Source: an uncultured Porphyromonadaceae bacterium (GTDB lineage: Bacteria > Bacteroidota > Bacteroidia > Bacteroidales > Muribaculaceae). Taken from it: DNA of 64,000 nucleotides. The DNA lies in NCBI GenBank assembly GCA_947175605.1, contig CAMWNH010000002.1, forward strand, positions 17,754 through 81,753, given 5' to 3'. The position numbers were made by a program, and so were the translations under genes. The notes under the pieces were generated by a model that was given only the letters and a program-made list of their open reading frames with translations, did not search any database and was not told the DNA's origin. Of this stretch, positions 30,899 to 40,705 are shown piece after piece. Within the stretch, counting starts at the first letter, position 1. Each line of letters opens with the position of its first letter.

Positions 30899-31892
30899 GC
30901 GCATACTTCATATAATCCTTGCCATTGCCGGGCTCATCACGAGCTTCGCGGCATCGGCGCAGACGGACGGTCAGCTGTCGCAGTACTGGGCTGTGCCGAC
31001 ACTCTACAATCCGGCAGCCGCAGGCTCGGGCATGGGCGACATGATCCGTCTCCGCGGCGGCGCACGCATGCAGTGGGTGGGCATAGATCATGCTCCGATG
31101 AGCTTTCTGCTGGCCGGCGACATGCCCTTCAAGCTTGCCAACAAACGCTTGGGCGTGGGCATCGTGGCCATGCAGGAGAGCGCCGGACTCTACAAGAGCC
31201 TCGCAGTGGGAGCACAGATCTCATACAAGCTTCGCAAGCTGGGCGGCGAGTGGTCGGCAGGACTTCAGATAGGCATGTACGACCAGTCGTTCAAGGGCTC
31301 GGAAGTCTATCTTCCCGGCGACGACGACTATCACGAAGGCTCCGACGAAGCGATCCCGACCCAGGACATTCACGGCACGGCACTAGACCTGGCGGCCGGC
31401 CTGCGATATGAACACAAATGGTTCTATGCCGGCGTGGGATGCACACATCTGACCTCCCCCACCATAACGATGAATGCGGGTGACTCGCAGGGCGGATCGG
31501 AGACAGCCGGCGAACGGCGATACGAATTCCAGGCATCGCGCACGCTATATTTCACGGCGGGAAGCAATATTCCGATAAAAAATACGTTATTTGAAATAAT
31601 GCCTTCAGTGATTGTGAAGAGCGACTTCACTTTCACAAGCGGCCAGCTCGACCTCCGCGGACGCTGGAAAAAATTCCTAAGTCTCGGCGTGGGCTACCGC
31701 TGGAATGAGGGAGTGGTCGTGAGCCTCGGGGCCGAAATAAAGAATTTCTATCTTGGCTACAGCTACGACTACGCCACCAACGCAATCCACAAGGCATCCT
31801 CCGGGAGCCATGAACTCCTTCTGGGTTACGCTCTGAAGCTGAATTTTTCGGACAAGAACCGCAATCGCCACAAGAGCATCCGGATAATGTAA
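30891..31892 (+). CDS. porP: PorP/SprF-family T9SS barrel
   Basis: QLSQYW...YNPAAAG, R.QWVGI..AP, GYSYD and GSHELLLGY motifs; directly upstream of porK. Confidence 0.92.
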   Translation: MNKRILHIILAIAGLITSFAASAQTDGQLSQYWAVPTLYNPAAAGSGMGDMIRLRGGARMQWVGIDHAPMSFLLAGDMPFKLANKRLGVGIVAMQESAGLYKSLAVGAQISYKLRKLGGEWSAGLQIGMYDQSFKGSEVYLPGDDDYHEGSDEAIPTQDIHGTALDLAAGLRYEHKWFYAGVGCTHLTSPTITMNAGDSQGGSETAGERRYEFQASRTLYFTAGSNIPIKNTLFEIMPSVIVKSDFTFTSGQLDLRGRWKKFLSLGVGYRWNEGVVVSLGAEIKNFYLGYSYDYATNAIHKASSGSHELLLGYALKLNFSDKNRNRHKSIRIM

Positions 31893-31933
31893 ACGACACA
31901 TAAGCAACAATCGAAAACAAGGAAAAACAAGAT

Positions 31934-33382
31934 ATGAATAGAATGAAGACGATATTGCCGAGCCTCTTGTGTGCCGCGCTGCTTGCCGGCTGCGCAGGAA
32001 GTTCGCGTACGGGCGCCGGTGGCGAAGTCACGGGCGTGGGCGGTTCTTCCTGGGCCGAGCCGACGCCTTACGGAATGGTGCTTGTCGACCGCGGTTCCAT
32101 GAAAGTGGGCGTCAAGGAAGCCGATTCGCTCTGGAATCTTCAGGCCAACGCCCGTGGAGTTTCGGTGGACGGTTTCTGGATGGACGAAACCGAGATCACG
32201 AACTCCAAATACAAGCAGTTCGTGCTGTGGGTGCGCGACTCGATCATCCGCGAACGCCTTGCCGACCCGGCATACGGCGGCAACGAGGACTTCAAGATCG
32301 AGGAGGACCGCGACGGCAATCCCGTGAAGCCTCACCTGAACTGGAATAAGGCAATTCCCTGGCGCAATCCGAACGAGGACGAACTGCGCGCCATCGAGAG
32401 CGTCTACAAGACGAATCCCATCACGGGCGTGCGCGAACTCGATGCCTCGCAGATGAACTACCGCTACGAGATCTACAACCACACGGAGGCCGCCAAGCGC
32501 AAGAACCGTCTGGATCCCACGCGCCGCGAGTATAACACGGACCGCCCCACTCCCACGGGCCGTCCGATGATAAGCAAGGACACGGCATACTTCACGGAAG
32601 AGGGAGAGATCGTGCGTCAGACCATCTCGCGTGCCCTCACCGGCGACTACGACTTCCTCAACACCTATATCGTGAATGTCTATCCCGACACGACGGCCTG
32701 GGTGAACGACTTCGAGAACGCCTACAACGAGCCTTACGTGAGAATGTATTTCGCTCACGGAGGCTATGCGGACTACCCCGTGGTGGGCGTAAGCTGGGAG
32801 CAGGCCAATGCATTCGCCAACTGGCGTACGGACTATCTTCGCCGCTCGCTCGGACGCGAGGGCGTGTATGTGGAGCCGTATCGCCTTCCCACTGAAGCAG
32901 AATGGGAATATGCAGCGCGCGCCGGCAACGACGACAACATGTATCCCTGGGACGGCGACCTGGCCCTTAGCGACGACAAGGGCTGCTTCTACGCCAACTT
33001 CAAGCCAAACGAGGGCAACTACGTGAAGGACGGCCATCTGATAACCTCGCGAGTGGGCACGTACGCGCCCAATGACTTCGGCCTCTATGACATGGCCGGT
33101 AACGTGAGCGAATGGACGTCCACGGCCTTTACCGAGAGCGTGGGCCGCCTCACGAACGATATGAACCCCGAATACCGCTACGATGCGGCCAAGGAGGACC
33201 CCTACAAGATGAAGCGCAAGATTGTGCGCGGCGGCTCGTGGAAGGACGTAGCCCACAATATCCGCTCCGATCTCCGCATGTGGGAGTATCAGAACGAGCA
33301 GCGCTCTTATATCGGCTTCCGCTGCGTGCGCTCGCAGATAGGCTTTGCCCGCGGCCAGAAGGCCCCCGGCAAGAAGAAGTGA
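31934..33382 (+). CDS. porK: T9SS ring lipoprotein PorK/GldK
   Basis: Lipobox LAG-C, an FGE-sulfatase-like fold (FWMDETEITN, YPVVGVSW, RLPTEAEWEYAAR, GFRCV), and KLMN operon context. Confidence 0.94.
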   Translation: MNRMKTILPSLLCAALLAGCAGSSRTGAGGEVTGVGGSSWAEPTPYGMVLVDRGSMKVGVKEADSLWNLQANARGVSVDGFWMDETEITNSKYKQFVLWVRDSIIRERLADPAYGGNEDFKIEEDRDGNPVKPHLNWNKAIPWRNPNEDELRAIESVYKTNPITGVRELDASQMNYRYEIYNHTEAAKRKNRLDPTRREYNTDRPTPTGRPMISKDTAYFTEEGEIVRQTISRALTGDYDFLNTYIVNVYPDTTAWVNDFENAYNEPYVRMYFAHGGYADYPVVGVSWEQANAFANWRTDYLRRSLGREGVYVEPYRLPTEAEWEYAARAGNDDNMYPWDGDLALSDDKGCFYANFKPNEGNYVKDGHLITSRVGTYAPNDFGLYDMAGNVSEWTSTAFTESVGRLTNDMNPEYRYDAAKEDPYKMKRKIVRGGSWKDVAHNIRSDLRMWEYQNEQRSYIGFRCVRSQIGFARGQKAPGKKK

Positions 33383-33430
33383 ACACCAAACTAACAACAG
33401 CTCGAACAAGACAAGAATATCATACAGGCC

Positions 33431-34387
33431 ATGGGCAAAGTAGACAGATATAAGAACGTCATATCCGCTTTCCTATCCAGCGAAAACGGTCAGCGTTTCT
33501 TCAACTTCGCATATTCGATAGGCGCAGCCATCGTCATCTGGGGCGCGCTTTTCAAGATCCTTCATCTTCCCGGCGGCAGTACGCTGCTGTGTATAGGCAT
33601 GGGCACGGAGGTGCTGATGTTCATACTCACGGCCTTCGACCGTCCACCCAAGGAGTACAAGTGGGAAGAAGTGTTCCCCATCCTTGACACGCACGATGAG
33701 GAAGACCGTCCGACCATGGGCGGGGGCGGTGTGGTCATCGCCGGAGGCAGCGCAGGCGGCGCCGGCATGCCTCGCGTGAGCGGAGCCGAAGCCCGCAAGG
33801 CAGCCGGCCTTCCCGCCGGAATAGATCTGAGCGCGGAGGACACGCGCTCGCTGTCGGAATCCATTGCCAAGATGAATGCCGCAGCTTCGGAGCTCTCGCG
33901 CATGGCCGAGCTGACCAGCGCCACGCAGCAATACCTGGACCAGATGAGCGGCATAGCAAAGGAAATGACCCGTCTGCGCGACACGACGGAGGCACTGAAC
34001 CGTGTGAGCGATGTTCTCCTGAAGAGCTACGAAGCCATCACGCAGAATTCCGAGGCCATTACCCGCAGCTCGCAGGGCTATGTGGAACAGATGCAGAATC
34101 TCGACCGCAACATCAACGGCCTCAACACCATCTACGAGATACAGCTCAAGAGCGTAAGTTCGCAGATCGATTCCATCGACCGCGTGAACCGTGGCATCAA
34201 GGATATCCGCGACATGTATGAGAAGAGCGCCAAGGAGAGCGCCCGCTACTGCGAGGAGACCGAGAAGATGGCACGCTACATGCAGCAGCTTAACAGCGTT
34301 TACGAGAAGATGATCACGGCCATGACCGTGAATATGTACCGTCCCGGAGCCATGCCCGGCATGGGCGCCGCTCCCGAGGACAAGTAA
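33431..34387 (+). CDS. porL: T9SS motor subunit PorL/GldL
   Basis: AYSIGAAIVIWGALFKILH, the conserved TM2 Glu in GMGTEV, and a cytoplasmic coiled coil. Confidence 0.94.
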   Translation: MGKVDRYKNVISAFLSSENGQRFFNFAYSIGAAIVIWGALFKILHLPGGSTLLCIGMGTEVLMFILTAFDRPPKEYKWEEVFPILDTHDEEDRPTMGGGGVVIAGGSAGGAGMPRVSGAEARKAAGLPAGIDLSAEDTRSLSESIAKMNAAASELSRMAELTSATQQYLDQMSGIAKEMTRLRDTTEALNRVSDVLLKSYEAITQNSEAITRSSQGYVEQMQNLDRNINGLNTIYEIQLKSVSSQIDSIDRVNRGIKDIRDMYEKSAKESARYCEETEKMARYMQQLNSVYEKMITAMTVNMYRPGAMPGMGAAPEDK

Positions 34388-34416
34388 AAACCGACATTAT
34401 AGGTAACAGAATATAA

Positions 34417-35982
34417 ATGGGCTCGAATTCAAACCGTCTGTCGCCAAGACAGAAGATGATAAACCTGATGTATATCGTGCTGACGGCAATGCTGGCACTG
34501 AATGTGTCGAGCGACGTCCTGGACGGTTTCACGCAGGTGCATGACGGCCTGACGCGCACCAACCGCAACGTGGGCTTGCGCAACGGGGCCGTGTTCAGCG
34601 AATTGGAGGCCCTCACGGAACTCAACCCTGACAAGGGCCGTCCATGGCTTGAGAAGGCCAGCGAGCTCCGCGCGCATACCGATTCGCTGACAGCTCTGAT
34701 CGAAGAACTTAAGCTGGAAATCGTGCGCGAGGCCGATGGCAAGAAAGGCGATGTGAATAATATCCAGAGCCGCGACGATCTCGAGGCCGCATCGGTGGTG
34801 ATGCTGTCGCCCGGACGTAACCGCGGCGCCGAGCTGCGCGAGCGGATCGATGCGTATCGCGAGCACGTGTGCGCCCTGATGCCCGACACGATGAAGCGCG
34901 CGAATCTGGCCGAGGTACTTTCGACGGACAATATCCTGCGTCGCGGCACGCTTATGGCCACGACCTGGGAGGAGAGCCGCTTCGAGCAGCAGCCTGTTGT
35001 GGCAGCCGTGACGATTCTTGCAAAACTGCAGAACGACGTGCTCTATGCCGAGGGCGAGGCGCTGTCGTCGCTCCTGAGTCAGGTTGATGCGGGCGACGTG
35101 AGAGTGAACGAGCTACATGCGCTCGTGCTTCCTCAGAGCCGTCTGGTGATCCGTGGTGGCAAATACTCGGCCAATATCGTGCTTGCGGCTGTGGATACGA
35201 CGCAGCGCCCTCAGGTTTTTGTGGGTGGCAAGCCTTTAGGCAACGACCGCGGACTCTATGAATTCACGGCAGGCAATCCCGGCAACTATACATACGAGGG
35301 CTATCTCGAGGTGCCTTTGGGCGACGGCTCCGTGGCACGCCATCCTTTCAGTTCGTCGTACACGGTCATGGAACCCATGGCCACTGTGTCGGCGACTATG
35401 ATGAACGTGCTCTACGCGGGCATCGAAAACCCGATCAGCATTTCCGTGCCTGGTGTGGCGATGAGCGACATCTCGGCTACGATGACCAACGGCTCCCTTA
35501 CGCGCCAAGGCGACCATTGGGTGGCCAAGCCCGGGAACGTGGGCCAGGATGCTGTGATAAGCGTGACGGCTACGATGGACGGCAAGGCCGTGCCTGTAGC
35601 GCAGACGACCTTCCGCGTGCGTAAGCTGCCAGATCCCACGCCCTACATAGCAATCAAGAACGCACAGGGGCAGACCGAACACTACAAGGGCTCAAAGCCC
35701 ATAGCCAAGGCCTCGCTGCTTGCAGCCGAGGGACTGGGCGCCGCCATCGACGACGGACTGCTTGACACGCCCTTCAAGGTTCTGGGCTTCCAGACCATCA
35801 TGTTCGACGGCGCGGGCAATGCGATGGCGGAGAACAGCGAGGGCGCAAACTTCTCGCAACGCCAGCGCCAGCAGTTCCAGCGTCTGAGCCGCGGCAAGCG
35901 ATTCTTCATCTCCAGGGTGCGCGCAGTAGGCCCCGACGGCATCACGCGCGATCTCTCGCCCATGGAAGTAATAGTCAACTAA
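34417..35982 (+). CDS. porM: T9SS motor subunit PorM/GldM
   Basis: SPRQKMINLMYIVLTAMLALNVS transmembrane motif and MNVLYAGIENPISISVPG. Confidence 0.95.
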   Translation: MGSNSNRLSPRQKMINLMYIVLTAMLALNVSSDVLDGFTQVHDGLTRTNRNVGLRNGAVFSELEALTELNPDKGRPWLEKASELRAHTDSLTALIEELKLEIVREADGKKGDVNNIQSRDDLEAASVVMLSPGRNRGAELRERIDAYREHVCALMPDTMKRANLAEVLSTDNILRRGTLMATTWEESRFEQQPVVAAVTILAKLQNDVLYAEGEALSSLLSQVDAGDVRVNELHALVLPQSRLVIRGGKYSANIVLAAVDTTQRPQVFVGGKPLGNDRGLYEFTAGNPGNYTYEGYLEVPLGDGSVARHPFSSSYTVMEPMATVSATMMNVLYAGIENPISISVPGVAMSDISATMTNGSLTRQGDHWVAKPGNVGQDAVISVTATMDGKAVPVAQTTFRVRKLPDPTPYIAIKNAQGQTEHYKGSKPIAKASLLAAEGLGAAIDDGLLDTPFKVLGFQTIMFDGAGNAMAENSEGANFSQRQRQQFQRLSRGKRFFISRVRAVGPDGITRDLSPMEVIVN

Positions 35983-36003
35983 TCAAATAACACCAAGAAA
36001 TAT

Positions 36004-37146
36004 ATGACACTCAAAGGCATACTCGCGGTTGCAGCCGCAGCACTACTGGCCACGGGGAACCTGTGGGCTCAGGACGACAATGGCGGCGTACGCCGTCGCG
36101 CCGGGGGCCGCGAGCAACGCGAGCAGACGCAGGACGGGACGATGGTGACGGAACGCATGCAGTCGTTCTACAGCGACGACAACAGCACCATAAGCGATGC
36201 CGACCGCCAATGGATGCGCGTAATCTACCGCTCGATTGACCTTGACAAAGATAAGAATGCTCCGCTCTACTTCCCCGAAGAGCCGATCGCAGGTCAGGAG
36301 AATCTTTTCCGTATCATTCTGAAGCAACTTTCATCAGGGCGCGTACCGGCCTACGAGTATCTTGACGGACGCGAGGTGTTCACTGACGACTATAAGGTGA
36401 ACATGCGCGATGTCTTCGAGCGTTTCGGCATCCCCTACTCGGCGGCAAAGGGTTCGACGGAGAAGAGTCCGAAATATACGGTGGATGAAAACGACGTCCC
36501 CACCAACGAGGTGCTTAGCTACTTTGTAGTGGAGCGCTGGGAGTTCGACACGCGCAACAACAAGCTGCGTCCGGTTGTCGAGGCTATCTGCCCCGTGCTT
36601 CACCGCTCGGGTGACTTCGGCGGAGAATCGCTGAAGTATCCGATGTTCTGGGTGAAGTTCAACGATATCCGTCCCTACCTTGCAGCTCAGACCATCTTCG
36701 TGGACGACGATAATAACCTTCCGACATGCACGTACGATGATTTCTTCACGCTGAACATGTATGACGGCGAAATCTACAAGACGCGCAACCTGAAGAACCG
36801 CTCGATGGTGCAGATGTACAGCGACCCGGACGATCTGAAACGTGCGCAGGACAGCATACAGGCACGTCTGGACCACTTCGAGGATAAGCTGTGGGTGCCC
36901 TCGCGCGAGGATGTCCTTGCTTCCAAATCCAAGAAGGACGCCAAAGCCACGGAGAAGGCCGAAGCAAGCGAAAGCACGGAGGAATCTTCAGTTGCAGCCG
37001 AAACAGCCAAGGACAACGAACCCAAGGCCAAGCGAAGCACCAAGCGTTCGGGCAAGACCTCGTCCAAGAAATACAAGGAACAGAAGCCGAAGAGCAGTTC
37101 GGGCTCGTCGAGCGCAGTCCGCTCGGTGCGAAACCGCAAGAAATAA
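36004..37146 (+). CDS. porN: T9SS ring protein PorN/GldN
   Basis: WMRVIYR.IDL, PLYFP, ERWEFD, ICPVL and PMFWV motifs; K/S/E-rich C-terminal tail. Confidence 0.93.
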   Translation: MTLKGILAVAAAALLATGNLWAQDDNGGVRRRAGGREQREQTQDGTMVTERMQSFYSDDNSTISDADRQWMRVIYRSIDLDKDKNAPLYFPEEPIAGQENLFRIILKQLSSGRVPAYEYLDGREVFTDDYKVNMRDVFERFGIPYSAAKGSTEKSPKYTVDENDVPTNEVLSYFVVERWEFDTRNNKLRPVVEAICPVLHRSGDFGGESLKYPMFWVKFNDIRPYLAAQTIFVDDDNNLPTCTYDDFFTLNMYDGEIYKTRNLKNRSMVQMYSDPDDLKRAQDSIQARLDHFEDKLWVPSREDVLASKSKKDAKATEKAEASESTEESSVAAETAKDNEPKAKRSTKRSGKTSSKKYKEQKPKSSSGSSSAVRSVRNRKK

Positions 37147-37168
37147 TCAAGGTCCTCACAATCAAAGG

Positions 37169-37198
37169 AAAATCCCGCCCGAAGGCGGGATTTTTTTT
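37169..37198 (+). terminator. Rho-independent terminator ending the T9SS cluster
   Basis: AAAATCCCGCC-CGAA-GGCGGGATTTT followed by a T-tract to 37198. Confidence 0.85.
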
Positions 37199-37275
37199 GT
37201 TTTACCTGTATTTTGACGCGAACTATTTCGGGCGGGGGCTGTTCTAAATTTATACGAACACGTTTCAATAGTATT

Positions 37276-38634
37276 ATGAAAATGAAATCCCTCTTGTCGA
37301 TTCATTCAAGCGAAGCCCCTTCCGAGAGTTCCCACAGCGGAACCCGACGGAAGGCGCGCTTGGCAGCCGCAATGCTTGTGGCACTTGGCTCGGCTATATT
37401 CGTGTATACGGCGGAGGGAGAGGAAGTGTGTGACTCGGCTGCAATACATTTTCCGGTTTCACACTGGCGCATTGACGAGCACCTTGGCAATAATGCCGCA
37501 GAGCTTGACAGCCTCACGGATTTCATGACCCGGCACAGCAAGGCCGATTCGACCTACACGCTGCGCAGTGTGCGCGTAGTGGGCAGTGCTTCGCCCGAGG
37601 GCAGCATCCGTTTCAACGAGCAGCTGTCGCGCCGACGCGCTGAAAGTATATTCGACTATTTTTCGCAGCACGAGAACATTCCCGACTCCTTGACGAGCTT
37701 CGAATTTCTCGGGCGCGACTGGCAAGGCCTCCGCAGCCTGGTGGAGAGTGACACACACGTGCCATATCGCCGCGAGGTTCTGGAGCTTCTCGACGAGCTC
37801 ACGACCGGCGATGCTGTGAGTGCATCCTTGTCTGACTCGGGCCTCGCACGCCTGCGCAGGATGCACGGCGGGGCTCCGTACCGCTATCTTCTGACCCACG
37901 AGTTTCCGCAGCTCCGCGCTTCGAAGCTTTATGTGGAGTACTCCGAAAAGCCCGTGCCGGTGCTTCCGCCGGACACGCTGCGAGTAGAGATGACCGATAC
38001 CGTGCCCGAGCCCGTGTTTGAAGAAGTGGAAATCGAAGAAGAGGCCGTCTTCACGACCTGCAAGCCTTTCTATATGGATGTAAAGACCAATCTTGTCTAC
38101 GATGCGCTGGCAGTTCCGGCCATAGGCGTTGAGTTCTATGTAGGCAAGAACTGGTCAGTGGGCGCCAACTGGATGTATGGCTGGTGGGACAAGGATTCGC
38201 GCCACCGCTACTGGCGCGCCTACGGCGGCGATGTGAACGTGCGCCGCTGGTTTGGACGCCGTGCGGCCGAAAAACCACTTACGGGCCACCATTTAGGTGT
38301 CTACGCCGGCGTACTGACCTATGACTTCGAGTTCGGAGGCAAGGGCTATATGGGCGGTCTGCCTCACCGTACGCTCTGGGACCGTTGCAACTGGTTTACG
38401 GGCGTTGAGTATGGCTACACACTGCCTGTGAGCCGACGGATAAATTTCGACTTCACGATAGGCTTTGGCTATATGGGCGGTAAGTATCTCGAGTATGTGC
38501 CCAAGGGCAAACGCTATGTATGGCAGGACACGAAGCGACTGAACTGGTTCGGTCCGACCAAGGTGGAAATTTCGCTGGTATGGCTTATCGGGTGCAACAA
38601 TTATAACCGCAGCATGAAAGGAGGCTTGAAATGA
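37276..38634 (+). CDS. DUF3575-like outer-membrane barrel with N-terminal OmpA-like domain (type V pilus locus)
   Basis: OmpA-like motif VGSASPEGSIRFNEQLSRRRA. The C-terminal barrel begins KTNLVYDALAVPAIGVEF and includes HHLGVY, YDFEFGGKGY and WFGPTKVEISLVW. Start taken as the ATG at 37276. Confidence 0.8.
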   Translation: MKMKSLLSIHSSEAPSESSHSGTRRKARLAAAMLVALGSAIFVYTAEGEEVCDSAAIHFPVSHWRIDEHLGNNAAELDSLTDFMTRHSKADSTYTLRSVRVVGSASPEGSIRFNEQLSRRRAESIFDYFSQHENIPDSLTSFEFLGRDWQGLRSLVESDTHVPYRREVLELLDELTTGDAVSASLSDSGLARLRRMHGGAPYRYLLTHEFPQLRASKLYVEYSEKPVPVLPPDTLRVEMTDTVPEPVFEEVEIEEEAVFTTCKPFYMDVKTNLVYDALAVPAIGVEFYVGKNWSVGANWMYGWWDKDSRHRYWRAYGGDVNVRRWFGRRAAEKPLTGHHLGVYAGVLTYDFEFGGKGYMGGLPHRTLWDRCNWFTGVEYGYTLPVSRRINFDFTIGFGYMGGKYLEYVPKGKRYVWQDTKRLNWFGPTKVEISLVWLIGCNNYNRSMKGGLK

Positions 38635-39590
38635 GACACCATGTGTTTACAATCGCGCTTCTTGCCTGCTCGGCACTGACGCTCGGCTCGTGCCGCCACA
38701 AGGATCTGTGGTATGAGGAAAACAGCCGCATGGATGTGTATGTGGTGTTTGACTGGCGGAATGCACCGGACGCCCAGCCGGAGTCGATGATGGCTTACTT
38801 CTATCCGGCGGACGGAAGCCAGGAGCTGACATATACCTTCGCCGACCGCGAGGGGGGCCATGCGAGTGTCCCTGCCGGGACATACTGCGGCATCGGTCTG
38901 AACGGCGATACGAGCTACAGGCTCGGAATAAGAAACACGGAAACGCCTGACGGCTTCGAGGTCTACACGAAGGATGCGCATGAGCTGGAGGGCTACGGAC
39001 TGCAGGCACGCTCGCTGCCCAGGGCGGAAGAGAGCGCAGAGGAACGGATGGCGCTGACGCCGGATATGGTGTGGAGCGACAGACAGGACAACATCGAGCT
39101 CCCGGACGACTTCGAGGGCACACGCTACATAACTTTCTACCCGGAGGAAATCGTGTGTCACTACACGGTGGACATCCTGGATGTTGAAAATATAGATAAT
39201 CTCCACGGTGCGTCGGTGGACGCCACGCTCTCGGGCATGGCGGAAGGCTATCTGCATGGGAAACGCAGCACGACGGACGTGGCCGTGACGATGCCATTCA
39301 CGCTCAAGCCGGAGACAGCCGAACGGAGCATGCACGCCGAATTCCTGACTTTCGGCGAATGCGATACGAACAAGGTGCGCCACATGCTGACGGTCTACAT
39401 GTATCTCACGGACGGAAGCAAGTGGTACAAGACAATAGATGTGAGCGACCAGGTGAGCACGGCTCCGGATCCGCGACACGTGCATATAGTGGTGAGAGGG
39501 CTTGAGCTGCCCAAGATCATCAGCGGCAGCGGAGGTTTCATTCCGGACGTGGACGAATGGCGCGACATCAGCATCGACCTACCAATGTAA
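38631..39590 (+). CDS. DUF5119-like lipoprotein (pilus anchor/accessory)
   Basis: Lipobox LGS-C-RHKDL, VVFDWRNAPDAQP and C-terminal GGFIPDVDEW; overlaps the preceding gene by 4 nt. Confidence 0.75.
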   Translation: MRHHVFTIALLACSALTLGSCRHKDLWYEENSRMDVYVVFDWRNAPDAQPESMMAYFYPADGSQELTYTFADREGGHASVPAGTYCGIGLNGDTSYRLGIRNTETPDGFEVYTKDAHELEGYGLQARSLPRAEESAEERMALTPDMVWSDRQDNIELPDDFEGTRYITFYPEEIVCHYTVDILDVENIDNLHGASVDATLSGMAEGYLHGKRSTTDVAVTMPFTLKPETAERSMHAEFLTFGECDTNKVRHMLTVYMYLTDGSKWYKTIDVSDQVSTAPDPRHVHIVVRGLELPKIISGSGGFIPDVDEWRDISIDLPM

Positions 39591-39638
39591 TTCCTAAAAA
39601 ACAACATAACTAAAACACACACAAAAACATCAGGTATT

Positions 39639-40682
39639 ATGAAAAAGACAAGCACATCTATCCTGGTATTAGCCCTTGCCGCCATGTCGCTGGCATCGTG
39701 CTCGCAGGACGAGCCGGCTGCCGTGAACCGGGGCCGCGCCATCGACTTCCGTTCGGCCATGAGCTCACGAGCCACCGAAATCAACAACGGCAACCTCACG
39801 GACATCAACGTGGCTGCATTCATGGGCGACCAGCTATTCTTCCCCGTGATGGAGTACACTAAGGGGAGCGACGGCTTCTTCACATCAAGCACCGAGTACT
39901 ACTGGCCCGGCGACAACAGCGAGCTGTCCTTCTATGCATACGCACCGGCCAATCCCGGCGGCACAGTGAACATCACGCCAGACGCAAAAACCATGGCTGA
40001 CTTCTCGCCTGCCGAGAACATCGCCGATCAGATTGACTTCGTGACGGCATATGCCACGGGCACGAAGGATGCCAACGAGACAGCGGGTGTGCCTCTGACT
40101 TTCAACCACCAGCTGGCCCAGATCGAAATCCAGGCCAAGACGGCCAATGACGTCTATACGTACAAGGTTTCGGGTGTGCGCATCGGTGAACCCGTGTCGA
40201 AGGGCAGCTTCGACTTCGCCACTTCGGCATGGACAGAGGGCACGGATAAGGCAATCTACACCGAGACCTACGATGATGCCAAGACGCTGACGGCCGACGC
40301 CGTGAACGTGATGGGCGAAGGCGGCAATGCCATGATTCTGCCTCAGCAGCTGACGGCATGGGATCCGACGGGCGACGGCTCGAACACGGCCCAGGGTGCA
40401 TACCTGGCAATCAAGCTTCAGATCACAACGACCGAGACGGGCGTGCAGGTTTATCCTTTCCCGTCGAACGGCGACTGCCAGTGGGCCGCAATTCCTATCG
40501 ACACAAAGCTTGAAGCCGGCAAGAAGTATATCTACACGCTTGATCTTACTCACGGTGCAGGCTATGTTGACCCGCACGATCCTGTTCCCGGCACTCCTGT
40601 CCTGGGTGGTCCCATCAAGTTCACGGTTGATGTAGTCGACTGGGTAGACACTCCCTCGGACCTTCCGATGACCACAAAGTAA
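39639..40682 (+). CDS. Fimbrillin-family (type V pilus) major subunit
   Basis: Lipobox LAS-C, IDF...SR-A processing site, YYWP, LSFYAYAP, VPLTFNHQLAQI, EAGKKYIYTL and C-terminal IKFTVDVVDW donor strand. Confidence 0.85.
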   Translation: MKKTSTSILVLALAAMSLASCSQDEPAAVNRGRAIDFRSAMSSRATEINNGNLTDINVAAFMGDQLFFPVMEYTKGSDGFFTSSTEYYWPGDNSELSFYAYAPANPGGTVNITPDAKTMADFSPAENIADQIDFVTAYATGTKDANETAGVPLTFNHQLAQIEIQAKTANDVYTYKVSGVRIGEPVSKGSFDFATSAWTEGTDKAIYTETYDDAKTLTADAVNVMGEGGNAMILPQQLTAWDPTGDGSNTAQGAYLAIKLQITTTETGVQVYPFPSNGDCQWAAIPIDTKLEAGKKYIYTLDLTHGAGYVDPHDPVPGTPVLGGPIKFTVDVVDWVDTPSDLPMTTK

Positions 40683-40705
40683 GACACTAAAAACTCTCCA
40701 CGAAA

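Noticed and set aside
31934-33382. Formylglycine-generating enzyme / sulfatase-modifying factor call
   Set aside because: The fold is shared, but the lipobox and the porP-K-L-M-N context identify it as PorK/GldK.
31826-33409. 527-aa minus-strand ORF
   Set aside because: Antisense shadow of porK.
22570-37146. Gliding motility system
   Set aside because: Only the secretion core is present. I saw no SprB/RemA adhesin or other gliding-specific genes in the window.
37230-37239. G-rich tract upstream of the pilus locus as a phase-variation site
   Set aside because: It is interrupted (GGGCGGGGG) and short, and there is no evidence of length variation from a single sequence.
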